Shown here: positions 1 to 13,694 of the stretch, one piece after another | Position numbering within the stretch: the stretch's first letter is position 1 | Layout of the letters: each line of letters starts with the position of its first letter | Assembly (NCBI GenBank): GCA_003427395.1 | Contig: BFEA01000038.1 | Coordinates: 41,270 to 105,269, forward strand | Source: Chara braunii | Lineage: Eukaryota; Plantae; Charophyceae | DNA: 64,000 nt | Direction of reading: 5' to 3' | Notes under the pieces: generated by a model | What the model was told of the DNA's origin: nothing | The model's input: the letters and a program-made list of their open reading frames with translations, nothing else | Databases searched by the model: none | Made by a program: the position numbers and the translations under genes

Positions 1-1540
1 CCTTAGATGGGCTGCTGGGGCAACGCCCCTTGATAGTCTGTGGAAGTCCGACGAACAATCGGGCGCAGTCATATCTGCCCGTTCATCTGAAACGAACGGG
101 TACCAAAAGAAAAAAAGAAAACAAAAAAAACAAGAACAAAATCTAAACCAAATCTAAAAAGGATATCAAGAAAAAAATCTAAGCAAAATCTAATAAAGAA
201 GAAAATTAAAAGGAAGAACCTACCTCGATCTGAAGGGGCTGCCCAAAAAACGGGCGCCCGTTACTTTTCGTGGGGACACTAAGTCCCTGTCACTTCTCCC
301 TGCGCCAGATGGCGCTTCGTTTTAGTTTTAGTTTAGTTTTTTTTTTTTTTTTTTTTTTCCCTTTCCGTTGGCTTATGCCAACGGTCACGTCATGTTGTGG
401 CATAGCCACGACCTGCTGGTTGAGATCCTCCTTGGGAAAGGATAGGATCGAGCTCCTGAATCTGGACGCGTTTCAAGGAGAGATGCGGGGGAGTAGTTCA
501 ATCTCGATTCCCTGCATCTCTTTTTTTTTCTCTCTGTTAAAAAAAAACAAAAAAACAAAAAAAAAACACCATTTCTCGATCTACGCGTGTCACCCTCACC
601 CAGGGGCCAAGCTAATCTCGGCGCGGCTGATTTCAGCCGCGCGATCTCAAAGATCACACGGCCGAAAATCGGCCGCGGCCTTCCTCACACTATGGGCTGC
701 TCCAAAAGAAGCTAGCCCGGTAGTGCAGTTAGTCAAGTTCGATCCCCATGTCTACGGGGTGATAATCTGGCGACGGTACCTACTGGGCTAGCTCCTTTTC
801 ACATCAAGAAAGGGGCTGCCCTTCTATATGAAGGGTTTCCGATGCCCAGCAGGCCCCCCTCCGACGCCTAGCAGGTTGTGCCAGCTAAGCCGGCTTGCTG
901 TCGTGGCTGGCAGGCGGGGTCGACGGCCGACAGCCTTATCGACTGCCCTACCCACCCGGCCCCGACACCTTCAACCTCGGTCATCGGCGCAAAAGCCCTG
1001 TGGACCCTATACCGTTCCTTCACGCCGCGGTCCATCCTTACCGCTGCGACCCCTTTCTAGCCCACTTAGGCTCTGAATCGCGCGGCTTAACAGCCGCGCG
1101 ACCTTATTATAGGTAGGGTAGGCTCAACTTTAGTTTCCCCACGACCGCACACTACTGCGGCCTCGTCGAGACCCGCGGATGACAGTGCCGACTACCGCTA
1201 TCCCGCGAGGACGTCGATGCCGCCCTGCGTCAACGACGTCAGGTTCTAAAAAGGTTTAGGTCTCTCAGTCATAGCGTTGGTCCGAGTAAACTTTGGCAAC
1301 GCCAATCTCATCAAGTCGTCCAATTTAGTGAATAGGTCAGACGACGTCCGACGTTGAAAAACATGGGCAGATACCCTTGTCAGCCCTTGTCAGGGTTTCT
1401 GCCCCGACAGCGCGATATGGAGAAATGTCGCAAACCTAAAATTACAATTTTAACGACCTAATTAACCATGAAAGTGCGAGAAAAGAAAAAAGAAAAAAAT
1501 GCAACTTGCGATTTAATGATAACAGAGTGCAGGTATTGAT

Positions 1541-1571
<31 letters not shown>

Positions 1572-2723
1572 TAATTAATGGTGAGTCATCCAATGCTGGT
1601 CTGCTCCGATACCAAACTGTTGCATACCCGTGAAACACAGTCATAAGCATGGCGCAGATTCCCAGAACCGACCAGATAATACAGAGTTAAACAGATGCAA
1701 GTGGAAGACTTGAGATACCTTGGACTGACTCAGACCTGACTCGGACTGCAATCGAAACACTCTCAAACATTCATCAGGGGTGTGAATGCCCTGGCCTCAG
1801 ACATAGACGAAAGGCCAGGGACTGAGATCATACACGGACGAAGGGAGAGAGGGGAGAGACGAAGGAGGAGGAGAGGGAAGATGACGTCAACTCAATGTTT
1901 CCAAAGATAGTATCTTGAACTGTCAGAAATGACGAAAATCCGAAATGTCGAGAATGACAAGCCTCACAATATCCCAGATGTCGATCTCACAATGTCAAGT
2001 ACATCTCCGAAAGAAAGATGAAATCAGATCCCCATAAGTCCTCAACTCGTAGTCCCCAATGTCGCTGTCTCATATGTCATCAGAACTCGTAACCATCTCC
2101 GATACTGCAGTAGTCCTGTAGGAGAAGTAGACGTAGATTTAGACTGAGAAGGTAGGAGGAGTAGAGAGAGAGAGAGAGGGAGAGAAGCGGAAGAGGAGAA
2201 GAGGGAGAGAAGGCGAAGCCTTCCTCCCTGGTACCTGGCTATGGCGCTGCAAAGGGACGGCTGGGCCGGTAACTGGCGAGGCGCCCAGTGCTGCGCTAAT
2301 CCGCTCTCCGCTGAACCTCACCCCTTCACTGCTCCTCGCTGCTGCAGCGCTGCGCTAACCGAGCTAACGCTGCTGCTGCGCTAATCCTGAAGACTAACCT
2401 CCGTTCGTACTAACTTACCGGACTGAGGCTGGTACCCAGCCTTTTGTAGTGCTGGACCGGCCTCTTGCCTACTGGTACCTTCCGGCCTGGACCGTTGATC
2501 TGAATCGACGGTCCAGATTCAAACTGGTTTGGCGCCCAAAATGTGGCAGCCTCTGAAACGCCGCCGGTTGGTCCTGGGCTGGACCGGTACCGGCCTCTGG
2601 CCGTTTGGGCCTAACGTACCCTACCTCAGGCCTATCTGGGCCTGGTCTGAACCGTTGTCCCCCTAGGCCTACTCTGCCTGGGCCCTAACTGGGGCCCGTG
2701 TGGCTCAGTATGCCACATACACA
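1..2723 (-). mobile_element. 5' part of an LTR retrotransposon: LTR ~1618-2723, tRNA-Met PBS, then non-coding leader running off the left edge
   Basis: GCTCCGATACCA at 1603-1614 (TGGTATCGGAGC on the minus strand, Met PBS), 3 nt from a segment bounded by TGT (1618) and ACA (~2723). The second LTR is not in the window, so the right boundary is approximate. Confidence 0.6.
1541..1570. repeat. (AATC)n microsatellite
   Basis: Direct reading. Confidence 0.9.
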
Positions 2724-3701
2724 CTCAGAAAAGAAATTGGTCACAATGATCTTTTATGGATGGGTTAGATGGCTGTTCTAATGAGGGACAGATGACAGCC
2801 TTATACGGGGCCCTCTCATTAGAACGTTTATCCAACCTTTGCTGTGTACATTTGAAAAAAATATTTCCCACCTGGATTTGTTTCTCTATTGCACTTTGTC
2901 GCAACATTATTTGTGTATTTGCCCAATATGACTTTGGATTGGTTCCTGTGAGTACCAGCGAGCAGGGGTTGGTTTTCGGCCTCCCTTACAGTATTGGCAG
3001 AACTAACTACTATTTGTTGGTTCCGGAAATGGATTAGAAATATAAGGGATTCAATCTAGTGGGATAGGATCTTGTTTCTGCAAATGATCTCATGGGGAGA
3101 AATACAGGTGATCGCCCCAATAGGAAGCGAAAGACGGCCATGGTTAGGCTGCTACGCCATCCCATTAGAGCGATTATCCAGCCCTTGCCACAAATGCTCC
3201 TATCCGTTCATTCTGTCTCTTTGTGATTGAACACTATTTTCTTCTGGAAACATTTATCTCTGTCTCTCGCACTTAACAACGGACAATCGTCAGTTCTCGC
3301 CCTTCATATTGCCACAAACTTTTTTTTTTTTTTTTTTCTAACGATACCTATTCCCCCGGCAAGTCACAAAAACAGTTTACATCAATGGACACACCCACGC
3401 TCCCTTCCGCCTGGCCGAAGGGTCCCTGACCAGCATTGATTACTCCATTGAGATGGAGGATTGACTGTCAGCTTGCCTTTCTCTGAGTTTCCTCTCAGAT
3501 CCTTCGATCAGAATCTGTCAGGTAGATGAAGAAGCTAGAACCGTCTGAGTTGGGCTCAGCCCTGTAAGTCCTGTTGCTCTTCCTGGTCGGGATATGTCCT
3601 CCTCTGGGGGATCGACGAATTGTGGCAGTCTTTTTATCTGATTTGTAGAGCCTGGATCTCAGCTATCTTCCCCTGGACAAGCCATACTTTGTTAAAGTTG
3701 G

Positions 3702-6700
3702 TCACCAACTCTTGCTGTTTCTCTGGATTTTGCTGAGCTTGGCGTCTGACCTTCTTCCATTGACACGGATATCGGTCTCCATGAACAGTTTCGTAGTCCC
3801 CCATACTTGTTCAGTCGGATTGGTAGTCTTGTCAATTGTCCTGTTGCATTTCTCCTTCCAGATGACCCACAATGTTACCTTCCTGATAATTCCGAACCAG
3901 ACGCGTTCCAATTTGAGGGCAAGAGATGGGGTGTTAATCCATAGGAGAAGTTGGATTGGGTGTTTGGGTAGGGGAGAGGGAAATAAGTGGTCCCAAAGCG
4001 CTGAGGTTCTTGCCCACAGGGCAGTAGCGAGTTTACAAGTGATCAGACAGTGTATTATATCTTCCTGTTCGTTGTCTGAGCATACCAGACATTCCTCTGA
4101 GCTGCTCGGATCGTTGTTCTTCCTTCGCACATCTAGCCAGGCATTCACTGGGAGGGCATTGTAGGTCATCAGCCATTGGAGACTTCTTATTTTTACTGGG
4201 CAAATTGATTTGTACTTCCGCCAGGGGAGTTCCACAATTGGTTTCATTCTCTGTCCGAGCAATTTGGTTCATTGTTCTATGATTACTGGCTCGGGGTCTT
4301 TGGTTCTTGGAAACCTTTTGTATCCCATCTTAACTGTGTACTGTGTTATCTGAGTGGGATTCTTACAGAATCTGTTAGCTTCTGGAAGCCACACCCATTC
4401 TTGTGGGTCGAATTCCAGGTCTTGGATTGCTGCGTCCGTGTGAAATATACTCTTCGGCCAGTTTCCCAGTACTCTCACCTTTCTCAGCGTGTAGGAGTTC
4501 AGAGTTACTTCTTGTGGGTCGGTATTGTGAATGGCGAGGGGTTTGAGGTTGGATCTATCTATGGGGAAGGAGAAGAAGACTCCGGCACGAGTTTGGCCAG
4601 GAGATCTGCGAACGAACTGATACGCTTTCATGGGTACTATTTCCTATGTCAGCACTCCCCATTCCCCTGTTTTCCATGAGAAGTCTTCTTTCAAGAGTTC
4701 TTTCCAGCTATCAGGGATGCTGTTGACCAGTGCTGACAGATTTTCGCCCCGGCGGTGACATCCCTTTGGTAGCGCTTTTAACTGATTCAGTGATTCTCAT
4801 TTATCCAGTTTTTTTTCTCTTCGTGACTTACCTTCCAAATCCCATGTCTAATCCAGGAGAGCCATCTCTGGCCTCCTGCTAGTGACAATGGCTGATCGCC
4901 TGCATCTTTAATGTTCTAGTTCCCAAACAGAGGCTGCCGCAGAACCTCTTCTTTGGATTTGGGTTTCTTAACCTGCTTAGGCATTATCTCCCTCCAAATC
5001 CTGATAAGTGCTGTCCAGTACGGGGCGGGGGGTTGTGCCTCATCTCGCTAGCGAGGTTGCTCGGTGTCGTCTCCTTCCGGTTTTCAGCGTCCAATCCTTG
5101 TTTACTACCCAGAAGAGACCTGACATGTTATCTGGGGTCTGAACTGGGGCTAAGGACCTGATACTATCCAGGGCTAATTTGTGCCATGCCAGCCTGGGTT
5201 GGGTTAAAAGTTTAACTAGCCATTTGATCTGCAGAGCTTTGGTTTCTTGTCTAGGATCGATTATCCCTAGTCCCCCCTTTGACGGCCTTCTAGTTATGTA
5301 GTGCCAAGCTATCTTAGGCGTTAGAATGACGCACAGCTGGACACACATTCCTTGGGCTGACGCACGGTAAGCTTATACAGACACTGCCTGCGCACCACCC
5401 AAGGGTTGTCCATGGTGTTGTATGTCAGGTCTTGATACTGTGTGGATTGCTTGTGGCTGNTGCTCGTGGTTGTTCTGTTGATCTCCCCAGTCTGGCATAT
5501 CACACACAGGGCCCATTTGCGATTGTTGCTCAAACGGTAGAGTCTTCAAGTCACATGTCATAGATCACGGGTTCGAGTCTGGCCGGGGGCTTTGGGGGGG
5601 TTCTTGTCCAGCTTGGCCTGTCATCTCTTCAAACGAACACATAGTTCCCTCTACATAGCACTGCACATATCTGGCCTTCGGGCACATAACTCAATTGCAG
5701 CCTTGCGCATGGACACCGGCAGGGCGTTAGAATGACGCACAGCTGGACACACATTCCCTTGGGCTGACGCACGGTAAGCTTATACAGACACTGCCTGCGC
5801 ACCACCCAAGGGTTGTCCACGGTGTTGTATGTCAGGTCTTGATACTGCGTGGGTTGCTTGCGGCTGTTGCTCGTGGTCGTTCTGTTGATCTCCCCAGTCT
5901 GGCATATCACACACAGGGGTCGTTTGCGATTGTTGCTCAAATGGTAGAGTCTTCATGTCACATGTCATAGATCACGGGTTCGAGTCTGGCTGGGGACTTT
6001 GAGGGGGGGTCTTGTCCAGCTTGGCATGTCATCTCTTCAAACGAACACATAGTTCCCTCTACATAGCACTGCACATATCTGGCCTTCTGGCACATACATC
6101 TCGCTATACAGTTACACTGCGCACACATAGACTGCACGTATCTGGCCTTCGGGCATATACATCTCGCTATACAGGCACACACAACACACAGAGCCTTCAG
6201 GCAGATACAAAAACACGTGGCCCTATGGGCTCATACAAAACATACATAGCCTCTGGGCATACACACACATACACACAAATTACGATACTGGGCTGGGGCC
6301 GTCTATCAGGTATATGATGGGGTCTACTCAGGCATGGCTTAGCTCTAGGGTAGGGGTAGGGATATAAGTCGCTCCGGCTAGTCTGAGCTCCGCCTAGCCT
6401 TGGGTAAGCTAGGGGAAGGACGGTAGGATGTGTCCATGGGCGCTGGCCTGCCTTGCTTAGGTAATCCTGCTGGGTAGACTCTCTGAATTGGGCCTGTAGA
6501 AGATTCCATGAGCCTGGCGTCCGAAGTTCCCGTACGGCAAGGCTCATCCGCTTAAGCTTCCATCAGGGCTGGGAGGTTGGCCCAGCCTTGGTGCTTGTCA
6601 CTGCTGTCTGGTCCAAGTTGCCCTCGATACTGGTAGGGTGATGGTCCTGAGTGCTGATCACACTGAGGTAGGATAGTAGAGGCAAGGGGTGCGCTGGGAG

Positions 6701-9561
6701 TATTTACGTGGGGATGGGTAGGGTAGGTGGCCTATCCTGTCAGGACAACCATCGGCTGCCGCTACTAGCAATCACCGCGGGTTTGGTCCTTGGCCTCTAC
6801 AACACCCTGGGCTTTAAAAAAANNNNNNNNNNTTTAAAAAAAAAAAAAAAAAAAAAAAAGGAATGTACTTTGTTTTGTTAGGGTCCCCTGACCAGAGGTA
6901 TGCCCTTGCTCTATTGTTTAATTCCTTAATAGTTGGATCTGGTATGTCCAGATGGAGGCTATATACCACATCATCGAGAATATGGACGTGTTGATTGTTA
7001 AGGCTCTTCCTAACAGTGAGGTGAAAGTGTTGCCCCATCTTCCCATTCTATTTATTTGATTTGTTAGCAGATTTTGTTCCATTTGTGGGGATGGACCCTC
7101 CTTGGTAACCATGATTCCCAGGTATCTCGCTGGTTCCCTAGGACTCTCCAACGTCATGTCAGCTTCCGGGCCTGCCATAGGAGGTATCTCCTCCTCTGAC
7201 AACCACCACCCCAACGTTTTCTTCCAGTTTATCTTCATTTTTGAAGCTAATATGAAGTATTATGAACGCTTCCATTGCCCTAACTATTGCTCTTACTGAG
7301 AAATCTGATGCCCTAATGTGAACGGTGAGATCATTTGCGAACCTTATCACCGTCGGGAACTGGATATGGGGGGTGAACCGGTTTTGAGCTCTGGAAGTCT
7401 GTGGATCGATGGGTCCTTGCGCAAGAAGGATGTTATGGCCTCCATTACGAAAAGGAAGATTGGCGGGGCTTGGGGATTGCCTTGCCTCACTGACCGGGAA
7501 ATCTGATATCGGTCGGTACACATCCTGATGCATCATTGTAAAGGACTCTAACCCACTTTCTAAAGTTGGGTCCCACTCCCATTTTCTCCATGCTCTCGTC
7601 GAGGAAGGTCCAATTCACTTGGTCATAAGCCTTCTCGAAGTCGAAGAATAAAATTGTTGTGTTCAATCTCTTTTCCTTGACTTTCCTTGCTGCTTCATTT
7701 AGTGTGAGGACATTATCTAGTATATACCTCCCTGGGATGAAGCCAACTTGGTCTATGTGGAAGCATTTGTCCGTGAGATCCAAAATCCTTAGAGCCAGTG
7801 TTTTAGCCAAAATCTTGTAGGGGAGGGTAAGTAGTGAGATTGGCCTGTAGTTCCTGATGTCCTCCCGGTCCCCCTTCTTGTACAGAAGGGTGACCACGCT
7901 GGTGCTTAGCAGTTCTCCCATTCCTCCTTTCTCCCAGCTGTCTTGGTAGAAGTGGAGAAGGACAGTTCCCATCAACGGCCAGGCTTGTTCCCATAATGTT
8001 TTGGTTAATCCATCAATTCCTGGAGATTTATCATTGTTCATGCAATGGACAACCGATTTTAATTCATTTATGGTGATTGGTTTGTCCAAGTTAGTAGCCT
8101 GCTCTGTTGTAATCGTTTTGTCCAGAAACTGCAGCATTTTGGATCTAGCTCCCTTACCGACGTTGGTGGAGTGGAGGCTGTCTTACAACCCTCTGGCTAT
8201 TTCTAGCATACCCTCATTGTCTTTCCTCGTGATCTAACTCCCTGATAGCTCTTTGAGCCCTTCTATTGAATTTGACCTTTGGTTGGCTTTTATTTTCGCA
8301 AAGAAGTATTTGGTCATTGACTCATGCAGCTCGTACTCTATCATTCTTGCTCTTATTTGTAGGCCTTTCAATTCCAATTGTCTCCATAGAGCCAATTCTT
8401 CTCTTGCATGTTCAAATGTAGTCGAGTAGAGGGCTGAGGAGGGTTGGTTTATCAAATTGGATTCTGCAATCCTTAGCGCTATTTCCAATGATTGTTTCCT
8501 TGCCTTCCTATCCCTAGCCAATTTCCTGGACAGATGGGCTATCGATTGTGATAGTGAGAGGTAGTTATCTTGAAACCATTTCCATCTGTCTTGTCCCTCT
8601 AAGAGCATGCCTTTCGAGTTTTGCCAGCACTATTGAACTCCATCTAAGAAGGTTTTGCTTAGGAGCAGGAAGTTGTTCAGCTTGTGGAAGCTAGATCCTT
8701 TGGTGATATATTGGTCAAAGTTGAAGATTAACTCGATTGGTTTGTGGTCCAGTCCTGAGTAGGATGTCAGTGCCAGGATGTCAGTCTCTTTAATGATACT
8801 CGTTAAACTCTTAGAGGTAAGGAAGTAGTCGATCCGGGAGAAGGTTGTGTGGTGTGCATGATTCTTCTTTACTAATGAGAAGGCTTTCCTGCTGGGGTGT
8901 ACGGTCCGGAACGGGTCCACCACTGGTCCAGCATAAGTTTAAACACAGGTGCCGCTTCATGGGTGGCCTGGGAGGCTGCTGCCCGAGAGATCATGTCGTT
9001 ATTTGGGTCAAGGGTCGTGTTCCAATCCCCTGCTATGATGCATGTTGTGAGTGGTAATACGAGTTGTCCGACAGTTTGTATAAATTCTGACCTTTCAGTT
9101 GGGTTATTGGGTGCATAAATATTGATAATTATGAATTCTTCTTCTGTCCATTTCATATCCATTGTGCACCATCTTCCCGTTCCTCTGTCCGCATCCGTTC
9201 CTTATACTACACTTGCTGTGTATAGTCTTGACGAATTAGGGATCAGGATCGTTGTGCCTTTTGTGCTTGAGGTGTTGTCTGAAGCCCACACTTCATCCTT
9301 GACTCCTCCTAACCTTCTTATGAAAAATTTCCTCATTTTTGCACATTCCTCTAAGTTGGTTAGATGTGTCTCTTGTAGGAGTATGATATCAGCTGGTTTA
9401 TTTGAGTTGTCTTTGAGGCCTTTGATCATGTCATTTAATTTATCCTCCTTCGTTACAATATTTCCCAACCCATTCACATTCCAACTACGAATTACAATTC
9501 CTTGTGTTTTCGAGTTCACTTGTGCACTCCTTTCATTGGCTTCCTTCCTCAACTGGTCCAT
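3702..9561 (-). pseudogene. LINE ORF2 (APE endonuclease, reverse transcriptase, zf-RVT), broken by stops and frameshifts
   Basis: EN motifs SWNVNGL, LLQETHL, NIYAPN, AGDWN, SRIDYFL, LDHKPI. RT motifs KSPGIDG, RNYRPISLL, DFEKAYD, and FANDL (mutated FADD). Also RYLGI and KGGLG. C-terminal CLVC..EDIIHCLITC. Confidence 0.93.
5319..6858 (+). mobile_element. Non-coding insertion ending in poly(A), interrupting LINE ORF2, with an internal ~406-bp-period direct duplication
   Basis: The LINE peptide ...DPNKTKYIP|KIAWHYITR is split at this point and AGG is present on both sides. 5319-5686 is repeated at 5725-6094. A-run at 6836-6858 next to a small gap. Confidence 0.75.
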
Positions 9562-9602
9562 ACACTAACTTTGTCATATGGTCGAGGGAGAGCCTATCCG
9601 AT

Positions 9603-12489
9603 TTAGGCGCCCCCCGAGCCCCCAGTCTCCATTGACTCAATTGCACCATCTGGGGGGTCCGACTTAGTGTGCGTCAGAGAGTCCTCCAGCCTGTATTCCC
9701 CTATGTTGCCGCTTCCACCCTTTGCTGGTGGTGTCCCCTCCTCCTGTTCCTCCTCATCCATGTCCCACTCATCTTCTCTCTCTTCCATCTCTCTGTCAGG
9801 GCATTCATCTTTGTAATATCTTTCCATGTCAATTGAATGGGATCTAGATTCCAAATCATCGTCCCCCTAAAAAATCCCCTTGCTAATCAACTTAGCTAAG
9901 GCGGCGGCCGGCAGTTCAGCAGATACGCCGATCCCTGACAACACGCTGTAGGGCATGGCTGTCACCGTGTTCCATGGCCTCCATCCCATCCCACTTCTCA
10001 ACTTGGTGCGTTCGGACATTTTTGTGATGAGAGTAAGGTGATTTGGGCCCCATCTTGTCATCAAGCTCACGTTGATCCTCCTGGGGTTCTCTCAGTGTTT
10101 CGTTCCCCTGCTCAGAAGTTGTGGATTCAATCTCAAAGACCCCCAGGGGGTAGGCTGTTGTGATTTTCTCTTGGAGAACCAATGCGACGTTCTGCCCTTC
10201 GTCGATCCTAGGGATTGCAAACGACACATCAGTGGCGACCTGCCACTCTCTCTTTCCCTCAATGAACCGAGCCGCCGGTAGAGGTCTTGTTCCCATCAAT
10301 GCCAGCCTTGCAAATTGCGATTGTCCCAGTAGCTCTGGGGCCTTGCCATCTGCAATCTGTTTGAGTGTGAAGAACTCCGACTCATAGGCCGTGTTCAATT
10401 TCTTGAGCTTCTCTGTCTGGGCTTCCACGACTGCGATTTCCTGCTCAAGTTCACTTCTTGCTGATTTCTCTGCTGGTCCCTTTTCAGCCTGGCTTCTGTT
10501 GTTCCTTTTCTTGTTCGGGTTCATGGAGGTCTTCGACTTCTTAGATCTCACATCGCACAACGCATCCTTGGAGTCAACTTGTGTTATGTCCTTGTCCCTA
10601 ATTCCTTGTTCCCTTGCCCTCTTCTTCTCAGCGTATCTGAATGTTGCATACTCAGAGAACTCCTCTGCTTTGACCACGAGGGCAAACTGGTTGGGGGAGG
10701 TCTTGATGCCTAAAGTTGTATTCTCTTTTTGATTATGCGTTCTTTCCATGTGCTTCAGGTACGCTGCTCGGATGTCAAAGAGGTGTTCTCGGTCTGCCTT
10801 CGCCTTCTCAAGGTACTCCCTCAGCCATTATAGGGATATCCTTGTTGGATCGTCCTCCTCGCTGCTGGGAGCAGAAGTTCCGGTGGTCTCAGCAGACTTA
10901 CCACTGCGTCCCTGATCTTCTTCAGTTTGGTCCACTTGCTGACCCTCTTTAGGGGGGACAATAGCCTTTCGTTGTTATCAGTCTCTATCCCTCTTCTCCT
11001 TTTAGTGTCAGGTACACCTCCCTCTTTCTTCCTTCCCTCTTCCATCGTTCTCTTAATCTTTATTTGTTTCTGGGCTGATTTTTGTTTTGCCTCTTCCTCC
11101 CTGATGATGATGAGATTGTGAATTCTGGTTTGGAACATCTCTGTTTTTTTTTTTTTATTCTTCTTCCACATGTTCCCCTACCATATCCAAGTCCCAGATC
11201 AGGTTCTCTCTTGCCTTTTCTTCCAGAATGACCCAGGAGTCATTGATCGGGATTGCTCTGATCTTTGTTGGGTTCCCTGTCTCTTTCCCTGTGGCCTTCT
11301 TCAGCCACCTGCTATCTGCAGGAGGGAATATGTTGCCCTGTGGCCTTCTTCAGCCACGTGCTGTCTGCAGGAGGGAATATGTCGAGTTCCTTCCTCGTTG
11401 GTTCCTTATCTGTGAAATGTCAAACCCACTCCGGTTCCTCCAGGTTGTCGTCGAAGACCCAACCATCATACATGGGATCGATTATGTACGATGTCCCCAG
11501 AGCATCCTCTACCTTGACCAGCATGTTGGGATGCAGCTTCTTCTCCTTCTGATTCTTTGGGTACTTGGGGCATGCGGGATCCCAGCCCACATGGCCCCTT
11601 TCTCTGCATTTCAAGCAGATAGGGGACGTTTTAGTGAAGACCGTGATTTCCTGCATCTTGTCTTGGATTTGGAATTCCCACATTGGACGGAAGACCGGTG
11701 GATCGCTGGCCTTCACTTCCAAGACTGTAGTCATTGTTCCCACATGGAGGAACAAGAAGTCCGACATTGGTAATATCCATTTGATGATTTTGTTTGTCGG
11801 GTATTGTCTTTCCAGTCTGTCTACCACTCTGCATTTCAAGCAGATAGGGGACGTTTTAGTGAAGACCGTGATTTCCTGCATCTTGTCTTGGATTTGGAAT
11901 TCCCACATTGGACGGAAGACCGGTGGATCGCCGGCCTTCACTTCCAAGACTGTAGTCATCGTTCCCACATGGAGGAACAAGAAGTCCGACATTGGTAATA
12001 TCCATTTGATGATTTTGTTTGTCGGGTATTGTCTTTCCAGTCTGTCTACCACCCGCCCATGGTAGCCTGGATGTATTTTGTCAAACTGGACCCAAAATTG
12101 TTCTTTTAACAGGGTCTGTTTGTATGAGACTGAGAAGGATGGGTTGGGTCTTTTATCGTGTAGATTGACCCACTACCGTTTCTCGATTTCATTGCTGCTG
12201 CGATCCTTGCGTGCTCTTCCAAATTGAAGATCACCATTACTGTTGTGCGACCCAGGTTCATCAGTGAAAAGGATTCAGTTGGACATTTGAATTTGTCTTC
12301 TTTTTTTATTGTTTGAGTTATCCACTTCCTTTTCTTTGCTGGCATCAGGTCCGCTCCATTTCTTGCAAAGTTGAAAACAACTGCACGTTTCTCGTGAAAT
12401 TCATCAAGTTCAACTACTTTGCCATCTGGACATTTCCAGATAATTGTTTCTTCAGCATTCCCTTCCGTGTTGTGTTGCTTCTTGATCAC
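9603..12489 (-). pseudogene. LINE ORF1 fragments with a CCHC zinc knuckle
   Basis: Lies upstream of ORF2 on the same strand. CLKCRERGHVGWDPAC knuckle in ORF 11420-12052, plus charged coiled-coil-like fragments. Confidence 0.7.
11602..12051. repeat. 225-bp in-frame tandem duplication within LINE ORF1
   Basis: A 75-aa unit (VDRLERQ...CLKCR) appears twice; I see about 2 nt differences. Confidence 0.92.
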
Positions 12490-13694
12490 TCTTTCCCCTT
12501 AAACTTTAGTTTTTTCAATGATAAATTTCAAGGCTTCATTGTCGATGATCTTTGCCAATCCTTTGTTTGGTTGTGTTGTGCGGCCATTTGCAGACGTCCC
12601 TTGAAGAGTTTATTTCAAGGACCCTGGGGTCCCATTGGTCCCAGGACTCTGCATTTTTGACTCTCCTAGTGACGACCTTGCTAGCGAGGTGTGTCACTTG
12701 ATCGGACTCTGTGAGCTGGCTTTTCTAGTCTGGATGTGGTATGAATCTGTCTTACTATGGTCTGAATCATTAGTAGGAGGATAGCAAACAGTAGGGGGAG
12801 AGAAGGTGGTAAGGATTGGTAGCGGCTCGGTCTGTGAACTGTAGTTTTGGGATCGGGATTGGGTTGTGTTAGACAACGTTGTAGCGGTCTGGGATATTAT
12901 GGGGGTAGGATCAATGTAGCTACGTAGAAGGGACTGTCGAGGGGCTGGGGTGCGAAACAGGGTGCTTTCAATACCTTCAGATCATCTACTTGGATGGATC
13001 TCTGTGGAGTGCTGTGCCATAGGGATTGCCAGCGGGAGGGTGGGGTCAGTTTTCTAATTTAAAAAAAAAAAACAAAAAAAAAAACCCTACTTGTGGTATA
13101 GTAATTATTTATTTGCCCTTAAATTCTTAATCAATACTGCTTCTTCTGACAGGTGTTTGTTCAGATGTCGAATTTCGAATGGAGAGTAGAGGTGGCAAGA
13201 GGGGATTCACGAGATATGGAACTGGCAAGTTGGTTGGGAGGGAGGGGCGTTGCTACTGGGTAGTGAGTGGGGGAGATGAATTCTGCGGTCGAGCACGCTA
13301 GTGAGTCGGTTCCAATGGCGAGATGGGGAAGTAGGGTATAGCAATCGGGAGGGGGGACCCTGGGCCTTGATGGGAGAGGGGGCGTCTATCTGATTGGGCT
13401 GTCGCGACCGTGTGATATGGAGGGTTATTCTGGACGTGGACAGCTGGCCCAGGGGAAATGGGACTTAAGTGGTTGGGTGGCGACAATTGGTTAACCTTTC
13501 GGGATACGTTGGTGGGTTGTGGCGTGGTTTCAAGTAAGCAATATTCGAAGAGAGATGTAGAAGAGGCGGGGGGGGTGAAGAGACGACGGGGGTTCAAATT
13601 GCCAGGAATCAGGTAATCTACTGGAAGAGGTGGGTGGGAGTTGCTAGTTGACCTATGTCGTGTGTTGGTGGGGAGAGATTCTTCGGGGGAATGG

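Larger units (their letters stand above)
3320..13690 (-). mobile_element. Decayed L1/Tx1-clade LINE, near full length
   Basis: T-run at 3320-3337 is the poly(A) tail on the minus strand. ORF2 fragments lie in the order EN, RT, zf-RVT, with ORF1 fragments upstream. The 5' boundary is approximate. Confidence 0.9.
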
